From Phoronis australis (taxonomy: Eukaryota; Animalia; Phoronida): a stretch of 64,000 nucleotides of DNA. Where the stretch lies: the NCBI GenBank assembly GCA_002633005.1, contig NMRA01000643.1, positions 62,001 to 126,000 on the forward strand. Reading direction: 5' to 3'. Shown in pieces: positions 1-35,500 of this stretch; position 1 is the first letter of the stretch, and the number at the start of each line of letters is the position of its first letter. A program made the position numbers and the translations under genes. Below the pieces are notes generated by a model. That model searched no databases and was not told the origin of the DNA. It saw only the letters and a program-made list of their open reading frames with translations.

Positions 1-300
1 ACTGTGTATCTTGATTTCAATGTAGCTACAGAAATATCTGACCTGAATTTCCATGGCTCAACCGGAAATTTCAAACTTTCCAAAAATATTAGATGATATG
101 AGAGATCACTGCCAACTCAGTCTCACGAATGTTTTCAGACTTGTAGTAAGTCACTTGACGTGACCATATGACTCGGATGTAATATCTACATACTTAATTC
201 TTGTATAGTTGAAATTTCTGGTCAGTAATTTTCCGTTATGACTGGAGACATAATTAATTATTCTGGACACCACAGAAACACTGTCACCTAAACCCGACTA

Positions 301-22276
<21,976 letters not shown>

Positions 22277-22423
22277 TCATTCAATGCCCAAATTTGAGCA
22301 TGTCTGATGTCACTGAATGTCCACGGAAAACAATTATATGCCAACACCACAAGCACGAAGCCCTTGTGATCCCATTTAATCAAATTTACGTGTTATTTAA
22401 AATTGCTGTCGCACAATTTTTAC

Positions 22424-22509
22424 CTGTTTAATAAAGGAAGAGCGTGAAATACTTCAGCCGGTCACCCCTTTCGTACTAAGATCACGCATGTGTTCGTGAT
22501 CTCGCGAGA
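22424..22509 (-). promoter_or_regulatory. Candidate coronin proximal promoter and non-coding first exon
   Basis: Minus-strand donor CAG|GTAAAA (intron 22423..22210) pairs with the acceptor before the ATG. The palindrome TCTCGCGAGA (BANP/ZBTB33-type housekeeping promoter motif) sits at 22500-22509. Confidence 0.45.
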
Positions 22510-22571
22510 AAATGAGACCTCTACTGGACTGTTCGAAAACCAATAGTAAGCGCGTTGAAGTGGAGGGTGCA

Positions 22572-22980
22572 GTGCTCGGTTGCATGAAACAGTCCCAATA
22601 GGGACTCCGCTAAGTTCCCTAAATCTCTTACGTATTTCTTTCATGCTTTATTCACAGATGTAAAATTTTTCTATAATTTTATCTTCATTATGAGCTCCTC
22701 TTTGAGCAATGATATTTCTTAATAATGTAGCTAAAAACAGAGCCTTTAATTCAGTCAAAATAATTAGGGACTTAGTCCTCAAATTAGGGGCGTTGCATGA
22801 AAAGATCCCTACTTATTTTCGGTTACTATTTAGAACTCAACGTAGAGCTAACTCTCGATTTCTATAAAAGCCAAAAATAGGCTTAGTAATGAGACTAAAA
22901 CATCATAAGAAAGGAAAATCAATGTTGTCAAAAACCCATAAAAACACGGTAGATTTAGGGAACTGTTTCATGCAACCCGG
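22572..22980. mobile_element. MITE (PIF/Harbinger-like), copy 1
   Basis: TIR GGTTGCATGAAACAG...CTGTTTCATGCAACC; homologous along its length to 52881-53287. Confidence 0.8.
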
Positions 22981-25470
22981 TAAAGGTTTTTAGATATTCT
23001 ATTCAGCAATCATGAAGATTAATACATAAACTATATTTGGTGTTTCAAGTTTCTGTTTGAATGCTGCACATGAAGCTTTTTTGAAATTGTCATTAACTTA
23101 AACGATGTTAATCTAAGGATCTCAGGGCCACTTTTCTAAAAAAAACTCCGATTAGAAAGATGTGAAAAGACTTTTTGTTATTCATTATGTACAAGAAAGG
23201 TTACCATTAGTGTACAAACGCGTTCATGTAAATTCAGTGCGTGGTAATTGTTTTTAAAGGTAATAATGTACTGGTTATTACAAAATTACTTCGTTGCACC
23301 ATAGATTTAAACCATCGGGCCGTGGCGTGGCCGTCTGTTGTCAAGTTACTTGAATTATTCAACAGTAAGGGATGTTGAAAACTAAAAATTATGTCACGTG
23401 ATAAATGTTTTTACAACGTTTTCTAGAAAAGCTTAGTTCTGCTAAAGGTATTCAGTTTACGCCGTGAATGAAAGCGCGCAACTGATTAAATGCATAGGTA
23501 TTGTCCAAAAACACCTGCATTGCCTTGTAACGTGCCTGCAAATGAAAACATTTAGAAAGTTTTTTAACAACACATTTTAAAGTGGCGATAAGCTCACGTT
23601 TAGTCACGTACTGCTCTAACATTGGAATCACATCGTTCTTCATTCAGATGAGAAGTAATTTTAGATCTTGCACAGAAATGACAGTTTGGAGACCTTGTAC
23701 TGCGAACAACATGACACTCGTGAAAAGTTTGCATGAGAAACAAAAAGTCCGAGAAAACGAGACAAAAGTCCACTAAAAAGGCGCAGACGTATAGGTCACA
23801 GTTCTGAAGTTGGTACCCCGTTTTTTAGTACCGCCGCTTTTTTTGTCTGCAAAAGGTCTACGACGCCAGAAATCCGAGCCCACCTCCCATATTACATGTT
23901 AAAGGCTGGGTGCGCACTGGTTTGGTCTCAAGCAATGACGAACAATCGGTTCTCTCCAAGACCAGAAACAACGCGCGCGTGAACTAAAAACGTAATGAGG
24001 GATCCTTTTGATCTGCCAGTGTCCGTCAGTGCCAAAGTATGGTTACTATTCAAAAAAACACTATTCCAATACAGCACATTTAAAGCCCAAATTTTTAATA
24101 AAATTATCTCTGGATGGGAACAAAATAAACTGAATAGACCAATTGTTCTGGCACTTGCAGTCCCTATATGACAACATTTGAAAGGTGTACATCCTATAAA
24201 ATTGCACTAGGGTTGTAAGATATGAGCCGCAAAGCAAGATACTCGCTCTAGAGTGAAAGTCAACGAAAGCATATGAGATCGCAGCCTCACATTTTATGTA
24301 ATGGCGATACCTCGCTAGGACCTGCATGACTTCGCCAAACTCGCAAAATAGCATTGCAACACGGTTAACAAAACAATTGCAACTTGTCAAATAACCTCTC
24401 CTATTCCGTTGACGGCATTTTGCGAGTGCGTACGGTGACAAGCTACAGGGTGTCTCGAAAGTTCGCGACCAATTAATTCTGTTCAGTAAGTAAGATACGG
24501 CAAAAATTCTTAGCCTACCACGAGACCTTTCAGTCCTGCAGTAGTTTGTGTTCATGAACTTCATAAATGAGGAATTATGAATACGTGAAACGGACAATTT
24601 AGAGAGCTATCCACAGACTGACCCTAGGCTACATAATTATTGGTTCATTACCACAACTGTGTTCCCTTTGACCGATTTGCAAGTGACCTATCCTGCCTAA
24701 AAGTGACAGCTCCAGAGGAAACAGAGGGAGACAGTTGTGCAAATGGAGGGCTATTTTCATGACAAATTACAGTTCTTGAATATCAGCATTTTTCAGACAT
24801 CCCAAGAACATGAAAACCTGGAGACTAAACATTACGAGATCATTTTTATGCCGTGTGAAGTCTTTAAAAGTCCCCATTTTACATTATTGCCAGTTGATGA
24901 ACCTTTATTGCAGTCGCGAATATTTCGAATAAACCATTGACCTAGACGACAGAAGGGAACGGATAGGCGAGCGCCTCGCCCCTACCCATGAATTTTAAAA
25001 CAAAGACTTAGCGAAACATGTAAAAGCCGGAGAGAAATCATAGAACAGCGTTCAGATTACTCTTAGGGGGGTCTGGCCAGGATTTTAGAGGGCACCCAAC
25101 TTTTTTAAAGTTTAACATTATGAATCGTCTACGCTCACTTAAACACATGTTCTTTTTCACACATACTTCGAAATAGTATGAGAAAACTTGTTATGCAAAG
25201 ACTGTATATTCAAGATGACAATTTCAAGGAATGCAAAGCTGTAAACTATTTCTGCGAGGACTCTTTCTGACAAGGGATAATGGAGTGTCTCTTTTTTCAT
25301 TTTTTAAGTTGTTTATCATTTTATTTAGTTTTAAAACTTACTTTAAACACTTGATGTAACTGTGCTCAACCAACATCTTCAGTTGGTATCCTACTGTCCT
25401 AAATGGTTTCTTCAGTAATCCAAGACCATCTCTATAGTAGGCGAAACAATAAAGTTGATCAGGCTCTGTC

Positions 25471-26222
25471 TTACGGTTGTTGATGGTATTGCTGTTGGTG
25501 CTTCATCCAAATCCAACAAGATGCCTGTTCAGCTTCGGTGGCCACATTGCGTAGGAGAGCCTTCTTTCCAGTGACACAGAGACGCCAAGAGTCCTCGTCA
25601 TGGTGGTGACTAATCTGGCCCGGAAACCCCGGGCAGCCCGGCAACCTCCACAGAAAAACTCCAACACCTCCAGCCGTATACGTGGCGATCATTCTTCAGG
25701 TCTGCATACTTCAAGTTCTTCCGCTCGTGTGCCTCTTCCACATTATTCTCCCGCGGGATGGTGAGTTCGATGGGCATGACCTGGTGGGAACAGTCCGAGT
25801 AAATGACCAAATCAAGGCGCTGGGTAGTCTGGACATTGTGCTGTGGGAAGGATCTCTGGTGACCGGCAAGATCAGCCCACACTTTCCAGTCGTTGGCTGC
25901 GTGCAGGATGACTTTCTGTGCTGGGGTCTTCCTCTTACTTGCCTCATCTCCACTTCTTCTGAAACTGATGAATTCAGTCCGGTGGCTTCTCCACTTTGGC
26001 TTGTTATTGACTTCACTAACCATTACACTTACGAAAACTTTCAGTACCTGGTTGTGTCGGTATGTGTACCTTCCTTGGGCCAAACGTGACAGACGCGCTG
26101 CAAGATGACAGCCGGGATGTGCTCTAAAGTACATCTGCGTCCACACTGAATACACAAGCTCGGGTTGTCAGTAAGGAAGGCCCCAAGTAGCAAAAAGTTG
26201 CTGGGTGTAGGCAGTACATCAA
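25471..26222 (-). mobile_element. 3' fragment of an RLE-type (restriction-like endonuclease) non-LTR retrotransposon, HERO/R4-like, frameshifted
   Basis: DVLPTPSN...C..., GRYTYRHNQVL, ANDWKVWADL...FPQH...TTQRLDLVIYS...IELTIP.E.NVEEAHERK.LKYADL...GW...VEV and AEQASCWIWMK: the RHN motif and PD-(D/E)xK endonuclease typical of these elements. Confidence 0.88.
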
Positions 26223-29200
26223 TGTGCTACCATGTGAAGTCCCACCAAGTCAACTAAGATTATTTCTCATTACTTTCAAGGGTTCTGATATACCAGTTCA
26301 CGTATTCACGGAAATTAACCGACTCATAGACGATTTGTTGGCTATCATAAGCTATTGAAATTGACATGCTTTAGAACTTTGTTGCATGCTCAAATACGAT
26401 AAAATCTTTGTCATCTTGCTCCAAACAACAAAATGCACTAAGTGTTTTTTGTTAATCTGAAATAACTCTCTAAAATGTTGATGCTTCAACTCATGATTTT
26501 GAAGTAAAATCATGGAATTTGGAAAGTTCAATATCATTTGTCGGTAATAGTCGGATAAGTTGGTCCCATTTCAAATTCTGTCAGGAATACTTAAAAAATA
26601 AAATGAAGTGTCGCAATATACAATTACCCACTCTTATGGATCACGCGCGCCACTCTACTCACACTTTTTCGTGAAATCTACAACATTTGAGAAGATACGC
26701 GACAAATTATGTTCGCCTCCCGAGCGNGTTACCATTTTCCATGCCGGGGACATTTTGAACAGCCACTCAGGCAGGGCACCAGGAACCCCGCAAAGGGAAC
26801 CTTTTGAAAATGTTCCCCTGATCGTTGCGTGACATGAAATGAAGTGACCTTTCCCCACAGAGGGTTTTACTTAAAGTTAATCATAAGACCTGCCATTTCC
26901 ACTCTCGGAACCAGAGGAAATTGTAACCAAAATTTTCCAACGCGTTCCGGCCCTCTAGTCGACCATTCCAGCAGAGATGAAACTGTTTCACGGTAGGGGT
27001 AGTCACGTACGTTTCACCCCTTAAATTCTTTTTAACACCATGACTTTGAAGGATACTCCGTCTTAACTCCTGTACTTGCTGAGGTATAAAACCTAACCAT
27101 TTCTCGTTGAATTATAGATCATTGATGTACGGGTACCAAGAATTCTGGTGGCTACCTTCACTAGGTTCCCCCCCCCCCCAAGCAGTAATGTTTGCACGGG
27201 AGATTTCGGAGGAATTTGGCTTTGGGACAGAGACAAATTTCGAGTTAGGTCAAATTAGCCAGCGCATCCTACCCAAGCGACCAAAAGGAGTTACACCACA
27301 CGGTGTAGGAGGTTCGAGACACAGGTAAATCTAGAACGGGTGTCGACCGTCGGGGTACAGGTGGCTGGAGTCGGATTGGTAAACTGCGGGTGTCGCGGAC
27401 TGGTAGTCACGGCACTACGTCTCCCTGGCGAGACCTGACCGTCCTTGTCACATTCAATGTTCGTTCTTGCAAGCTTGGTGTCAGAAGTTTCATAACAAAA
27501 GAATAATTTCTTACTTCTTAGTCAAACGCGTTGTCCCCAGCCATGGAAACTCATCAGTGCTTACACATATAGCCACAAATAATATTAAGTACATGTATAA
27601 GGTACGCCAATGATAGGCGCATTGCTCTGTGAAAATTGAAGAAAATCCCTCGTTATACACACCCCCCGGCCAAGAAGGCCTTCCTGACGACACTTAGGTT
27701 CCATTATATCAGAGCCGGTGTCATTAACAACACTATAAAATTGCAGTCACATCGCGTTTGAACCAAATGTGTTATGCCATTGATCACCGTTGTGTATCAT
27801 AGTATTATTTAAGTTATCCGTTCGACAGACTTTGTTCACCCTGTTTGGAAGAGTAATTTTAAGAGTAATTTGTGACCTTTGTGTCATTGTCTGCCCTTGA
27901 AGGAATGTGTACAAGTTACTTCAAGTTACCTCATCCAGCACTGGCCTCAAACATCGTAGTGGAACTGGCAGTATGCTCTAGCCTTCTCAAACTTATTTGT
28001 TCGCAACCCCAGACAACGCGAACTTCCGCTGCTTAGTTTACTAATGAGAGAAAAGCAATAAAGTTGTGATTCGCAGCTGCAAAATTTACCATTGACTCTA
28101 CGTTGTTCGTCATCTTGAATAGTTTCACTGTTGATATTCTAGTCTGTGGTATTATGTAATATATTAACGTGGTTCTGTTCATTTTATATTTGGTGGATGG
28201 ACGATATATTTTTTGGCCTATTTTCAACATTTTAATGACACATTTTGCTCCAATATTTGTCATTGCGACTGCAGCGTTTGGTTTGTTGACGAGATAAACA
28301 ATAAAACTCCAAAGAAATCGTCTCCTATTTTGAAAGAAGAAGTGTGACCGCTCGGTCAAAAATAAAGAAATAAGTAGACTGTCGTTTATTTATAGCTATA
28401 CAGACTTTTATCACAATTGATGGAAGACGAAAGTTTTTTGTTGTGTGCCCTATGTGCTCGTGTGAGGGGTACACTTCGCAATCGTCACAAAAATGGACTA
28501 TTGTCGCAAAAACACGCTGGAACACTGCGATGCTGCATAGAAAATTTTCCCTTTATTTTAATAAATTTAGAATGAAGGTTGCAAATTCATCGAAGTAGTT
28601 CACATACATTTTCCACTTCATTCATCGGACCATTTTGTGGTGCAGCTGGCTTTGAAATTCAAAAGGTTTAAACGTAGTGAGTTCCGTAAAAACACTGAGT
28701 CCTTTTTTCGTTTTGAATGTTTAAATTTCAGCTGGTTCAAAAACTGAAATCGAATTGGGCCTTTTTCTCTCATGATCGGCCTCATAAAATTCCTTACCTT
28801 GGTAGGAATCCTGTCCGTTCCCACTACTCAAGTCATACTTAGACAGAAGGATACATGCACTCACTATTTTCGAAATCGCAAGAATATTGTCCAACCCCAT
28901 TGAACTCCGCTGAAGCTTTTCTCAGTCATTGGAATCCTATCACGGTAGTGTTCTAAGCTTTTTTAACCTGCTAAACAGGGCGGCTCAATGCAGCTTTAAA
29001 AAATTTTCTTCTGTCTCATTGCAACAAACTTGTGTGAAAATGCGGAAAAATTTGCAGTCACAATAAAAGTTGTCCCTTTTTGGTTAGGACTGAACCCTCT
29101 GCGTAGCCGGCGAAATCGTGCTTTCGTCGCTTTTCAGTCAAAGATTATCAATAGTATTTTTTTTCTCAGCTTCACACCTCCATCAACTAATAAATACCTA

Positions 29201-29239
29201 AGCCAATAACCAACTCCGACGGTCGGTGTCGGCACTGTC

Positions 29240-29400
29240 AGTGACGTCCAATGAGCTATAAAATTATCTCCTGTGTGTCGTCACTGAGTTCTTCCTGTCG
29301 TGGTGCCGCACGCTGACACCCCAAGACGCGAGCGTCGGTTACATCATCAACATTCAACCCGGAAGTAGGTGGTCAACAATGTCACGTGATCTATAATGGC
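29240..29400. promoter_or_regulatory. VAC14 promoter (CpG-richer, possibly bidirectional)
   Basis: CRE-like TGACGTC near 29242, ETS CCGGAAGT at 29359-29366 and E-box/CLEAR-like GTCACGTGAT at 29381-29390, just upstream of the ATG at 29463. Confidence 0.6.
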
Positions 29401-29462
29401 AGCCTGCAGCAGGTCTTGATTTCATGTCGGCTTGACTGAATGTAATTCGTCCAAGTACAATA

Positions 29463-29563
29463 ATGAACGATAAAGATTATGCACCGCTGAGTCCAGCATG
29501 CGTTCGTGCATTGAATGACAAACTGTACGAGAAAAGAAAAACTGCGGCGCTGGAGATAGAGAA
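29463..29563 (+). CDS. VAC14: VAC14 exon 1
   Basis: [33 protein letters not shown]; donor AA|GTAAGT. Confidence 0.95.
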
Positions 29564-32500
29564 GTAAGTTTTCGCTCAGCTAACGTAGGTCGAGTAGCAG
29601 TCGGTAGACTCGAGTCGAGTTGTTGTAGACAACCGGGTGGGATTGGGAATCAGCAATTGGTAGGACTTCAAAACCACTTGTCCAGACTTAAAAACCAAAT
29701 GGCCTGTGATCAAACGTGGACCTCAGAATATGATGGTCTCACCCAAGAAATAGTTGGCTGGCCGTCCCAAAGGCAAAACACGATAGCAGGTGAACCAATT
29801 GGTTGGTGATAAAACACAACAGCTAGACTTCCTCAGAGACTCGTGTTGAATGTTTCGAAGGATTCAAGTGTCATCTAGTTCTTATTTTTCATATCCGTTT
29901 GATTGTTCACAATCGGTGATTTGTTTGGCCACTGTGTTTGAGCACCAGCCAACCGGTTTTAGGTCTGGACAACCAGTTTTTTGGGTGCAGCCTTCTGGTT
30001 TTGAGGTACAGGCCATTGCGTTTTGAGGTCCACTCACCAAGTTAGAGCCCCGGCCATTTGGTTTTGGATGTATTCCAGTCAGTTGTGTGTGCTCCCATTT
30101 TTACTGTGCCCACCAGGAGCGCGAAGTATTAAAAATGGCCAATTGCTGATTAGGGCAACTGATAGAAGAACTGCTCGTAGACAAAGTTTGATTACGAGAG
30201 TATTTGTTCGAGCTGGAAGGAATTAAAGACATTGAAAGCCTCCTAATTGTCCTTCTATATGCAAAAGGTACTTATAACAACGTGACTTTGATGTTTTAAT
30301 CATAATTCGCTGAAAAGCTTCCGGCGTATGTAATCCTTAACAAAACCAGTTCTGTACTACGGTAATTGATATCAGATTTTTTTTCACAGCCACAATACTG
30401 AAAGAACAAGATTTCTGTGTTCCACTGTAATGTCAATTGGTTTACTTTCTTCGTGTTTTCACAATGTGATTAGAAAGTCAAATGTACATCAACATGGGAA
30501 TTTTAATGTTGTCTACTTGGCTATACTATTATTGAGGCCTGTTTGGGTATTATTACAATTATCCAGGGACATCGCATTCCACACAATGTTTAGTGTCGAA
30601 TGTTTTGATTTAATTTTACGATCGTCACAAAAAGTGAGGCAATTTTAAGTTTTAACAAATTCTTTTTTCTATTTTTATACGGTAGTAGTAAGGTAGCTGG
30701 AATAGAGCTCAGAAGTTTTATTTTTAGCTTAAAGATTGGTACTTCATTCTTAATTTGGCTTTCGTGGAAGTTAGCCATTTTTTACCCACCGATGTAGGGC
30801 TCAATATAACTTTATTAAAATTAATTTGTTATCCTTCCTGCCATTAATATTTTTGTACAAATTTAGCTTTAATTGCTCAGAGACATGAAACCAGATGTTT
30901 TGTGATGAATGAGGAAATATGAATACATGGTGTGACTGTTTTGGTTTTTTCTGGAGCCTGATTTTGATTGATAGCAAATTGTCAGTAAGCACGTCTGGTC
31001 ATCAAGTGCTTTATGCATGAGTCACCAGGCTCATTGGAACAGTTGCTGACTTCTGTTTTTGTTGAGTATTACTGAATATGAAAGTCTTTCGACTGCATTA
31101 TTTGTTAATCCCAAGATATTGCCATTGATAGACTCATCTCAAAAAATTGTTCATGTATTCATTGATGAAGTGAAAATTAGACTAAGCTGGGTACGGTAAC
31201 AGACACCCGTGATCACTTAAGACTCGGTGATGAATATTAAGTCCAAAATGATCTCATCTTGTTGTCGTTTTCTACCAAAAATGAAAAAAAGATTTGAGAA
31301 AATGGTCATGCGACACGATGGAAGACCCTAGTCTTGGCCCTTGATAGAAGATGCGATTATGAGTAGATGAGGGCGAAGCCTGCGGACAGCTTCGCAAGAT
31401 CAGACAATCTCGCCTTCTGTCCTTGTTGTATTTGATGTGGGCATGGTATGGTCAGCGTGGAACTGGCTGGAAGGCGACGGTATTCCTGATTCTTTGGTAG
31501 ACAAGACGCTGGATTGAAGGCAACAGTGTCGTTGGCTACTTGTATAGTGTTTGACTTACCTGAAGCTGTCTATCCCTTGATCAATTTTAGCTTAGTGCTT
31601 TCAAGCGTTCATTAGACTGACTGTTGTATCGAAATATTTCATTCATTCAAAAGATGCAATAGTACAGATTGCAACTAACTGTCTTGCTTTTACCATAAAG
31701 CTTTTATACAGTTGTAGGCGCTGGGCATTTCTTAATTTATTTCACTTATGTTTAGACCGTCGTTTTTCAGAAACCTAGGGTTTATTACTCAGCCCAAAAC
31801 TACTGGGGCAAAGAGAATCGACATTTATTAATTTTAACAAGCCTGGCTTCTGTTACCAGTTTGGTTTTTCGAGTGTCATTTTTCAATCCTGTCTGAGTAA
31901 ATTTGCTTTCAAAACAACACTACAATGGGTAAACTAGACCTTGATCATGCACATCCATGCGTTCTAGTCACTAACATTATAAAAAACTTGTACCAGTTTA
32001 CATTAGTCTTTGAATGAGGTCACAAAATACCAAAAGCTCAAATGTGCCTTGCAGATTACCGCTGCCTTTGACGATAGGATGCTCATTAATTATGCTAATT
32101 TATGAACTTTTCTCAGTGCATAATATTTTAATGTAAGTTTTGATTTAGACCACACTACAAAATTTGTCTGAACTTTTTTCCTGGTCTAGTCAGAAGTGAT
32201 TTTGACCATGTATTGTAAATAAAATGACATCATGACAGTGTTTTAAATTATTGTTTTGTTTTTGTTTTGTGTGAACTTTTGTTGATTTTTTAATGAAAAT
32301 CATTGCAGTTCTATTTTGGTGCCTTTTTATATAAAAGAATCAATTTTTCAAAAACAATTCCTGACGGCACTTTGGAGAATTGAAGCATAATATCTATCAC
32401 TTTCATACGAATCCGATCAGCCATTTGTAACTGATGATGTTCCAAATTTAGCTAAGTTTTTTACATTTTCCTGATGTCCCACACACCCTTAATCGCAGTT

Positions 32501-35500
32501 GGGTACTGCCTGAGACCAAGATTGGTGCACTATATAGTCGAATTGTGTTCTTATTGCAAAAATTGCCTAAGGTTGAACATGTAATGAAATTAATTTTAAC
32601 TTGCGCCTACTGGGGCTCACAAACATAGTCTGACAATGGTTTGTGAAATTCCAGAGTTCTGGACGGATAGGGAGATTGAGAATTAAGTACTTTATAACTG
32701 AAAAATAGTGATGCAACTGTTATGTAACTTTCAGAATGGTCAGAGAATTCCATTTAAAAGGACAAGGAGAACAGGTAGCTCGCATATTGAAAATTCTGGG
32801 TGATGATTTTGCGACGTCGATGAATCCACAACCTCGCAAGGGAGGCCTGATCGGATTGGCTGCTTGTGCAATTGCCCTAGGAAAGGTAAAGTCATAGACT
32901 GTGGAAATTGTGTGTCAGTTGCTCAAGGCAAATTCCCTAACCATTTTAAGGTATGTAGGTCCATTTTGTGGGTCATGGGTTCATGATTACAAAGGTTGCA
33001 TGTGTTTTAAAAAGTCTGCCACATGTGTCTGCAATGGACAGTGTTTTCTGCTACAGAAATTTCCAAATTCACACACGCACTTGTGAAGTCTATGTTGGTG
33101 CTGCTTAAAGCCTGGGTATGTCCGCGTTAAATTAAGTGGTGGTGCCAGACTTCAATGATATTGGTCTCATATTTTGAACAAAGGACTCCTTTCCTATGAG
33201 TTTTGTTGAACAACGTCACTTCAGAGTATAGATTGTTACATTGCTAGATGATTTATTGTCATAGGAAAAGTGAGAAAACCTGTTGCATGCATAATCAAGC
33301 ATTTGTGCATTCTAGTCGTAAGCATATTGTCTCCCTAACAGTACTCCTTTTTTATTATAACACAATTCTGTTCCCACTGTAGACATATCGGGACTTGGCT
33401 GCTTGATGAAGCAATTTAAATTTTCACAAAAATGAACTACTGTTTTGTAAACTTTGTTTGCTTTTTGTCATACATCTGCCCAATTGAACGTGATTACTGC
33501 AAAGGATTTCTGAACAAGCTGTGCAATTACACTAATTGAAATGTCTGTCTGTATAATGTGCAAATTGCTGGTGACATTTGCAAACAGTATTAATTCTCAT
33601 CTAGTCAAGCACTGCTATATCGGAAAACATTTCTGGTACATTGCAACTTCTGACCTATTACCAGCTGCTAATCACTAAAATTTTGTTGTTTTTTTCACTT
33701 TATGACATTTTTACACATAGTCTAAATGGAGACTTATCTCAAAACTTACTACTGGTTGTAAGTCTTTTTTAGACTCTGTGTACAAAAAACACATTACAAA
33801 TATTTTAGTGCAACAGGAGGGCCCTATTACCTGACCAAACAAGCTGTTAACTTATCAAAGACGTAACTTTTATGAGCACTGTCAGAACTTTTACATGTTG
33901 TTACAGTATGTTAAATAACTGACCAAAGGGGGAGCTGTTGTTTGGATTTCTTTGATGTTATCATTTTAGGATTCCGCATTCTATGCGAGTAGTTTGGTGC
34001 GGCCCGTACTCAGCTGTTTCTTTGATCCAGACTGCAGGGTGCGCTACTATGCGTGCGAATCATTGTACAACATAGTCAAAGTTACAAGAGGCTCGGTGCT
34101 TCCACACTTTAATGAAATATTTGATGGCCTCAGCAAGGTATGTCTGATGACTAGCTGGCATTACCAAAGCCATTTTGAAAGATTTGCATTGGTTTGGAAC
34201 TGCCATTCATACATTATGTTTATTTTATCAAAGGTTGTACACCTACTCCTTTCTAAGACCATTGTATTTAAAACTTTAAGTAGCATATATTCATGAAAGC
34301 ACTTTATGAAGATGGACTCTAAGGTGTAATATGAATTCCCGGCTTAATTTTACATCAGTTGTAAAGTTTCTTGTTTGCATTCATATACCTTCTACTGTCC
34401 TGACTATTATCTGAGTATGACTGATGATGAAATTATCATCAAGGCTGGTTTATATTAATGGCAAAATCACTGTGCAACCACTATGTCCTGTGTAATTCTA
34501 ATATCATGTCTTTGTTTTCTCAAAATGTTTGGTGTGGTTAGGTTTTATCCTTGGTCTCTGCTAATTGAATCAAAATGCCTATCCTTTGCTCCTAATGGTT
34601 TAATTCTTAGTTCAATTTGATATCCTATTGTTCAGAACTAGTTGACATTAAGGTTATTTAAGACACAGGAAAATGCCCAAATTTGATTAACTTCAGAACA
34701 TCGTATCTCAGAAATGGCTGATCCGATTTGTAAAAAGCTTTCTGATACAACATTTGATGCACTGTTCACCAAAATGCTGTTAGATTTTTAAAATGTTCTG
34801 CAGTTGTACGGGGAGCTTTCAAAAATAGAATTTATACAAGTTATGAAAACACCCAAAAGTTACAAATGAAATGATGGTTTAGAAGGCTAATGTTTTTAGG
34901 TTCATCTTGAAGATTTATATCAAACAAAATTTATTCATGTTATTGATACCTTTGTTTTTCTATGAATTTACTTTTCTTTTTTGTTACATTTTACAATAAA
35001 AGGAATGGTCATGTGGTCCAATTAATGGCAAATGCTACTTTCAGAAAATAAAACTGAATTAAAATGATTGTGTAGTTCTGTAGAATACACACATACGAAG
35101 CTTCTACTCGGGTCTTAGCCTTGTGGTTATGAAATTACTTATTAATAACAGCTTAACCTGTAGTCTGCTTTGTCTTGTCTTTTCCCGTTTAGTTAACAGC
35201 CGATCCTGACCAGAATGTAAGAAGTGGGTCTGAAACACTTGACAGACTAATGAAGGTAAATTTTCAAAAATATCCTGTTTTCTTACATATGATATTGTCA
35301 TATTCAACCATTTTATGTTCCTTGTGGTCTAAAGGAAATCAAAACTTAGACCACAAACACATTCACCAAAGACTTTATATATTAAGAACACCCCCTCCCC
35401 TGAAATGCATCAAAAATGGCAAATGCTTATTGGGTACAGTCGAATTTCTTAACGGTTTGCAGTCTTAAATCAAACCTTATTTTTTATGGAAAGCGGTTTT

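Noticed and set aside
24061-24597. 178-aa minus-strand ORF, and most other short ORFs in the supplied track
   Set aside because: Non-ATG starts, atypical composition and no domain similarity; expected by chance in eukaryotic non-coding DNA
27481-27557. Minus-strand TGATGA...CTGA spanning ~76 nt, resembling a C/D snoRNA
   Set aside because: The C box lacks the leading purine, there is no convincing terminal stem, and I recognise no rRNA-complementary guide
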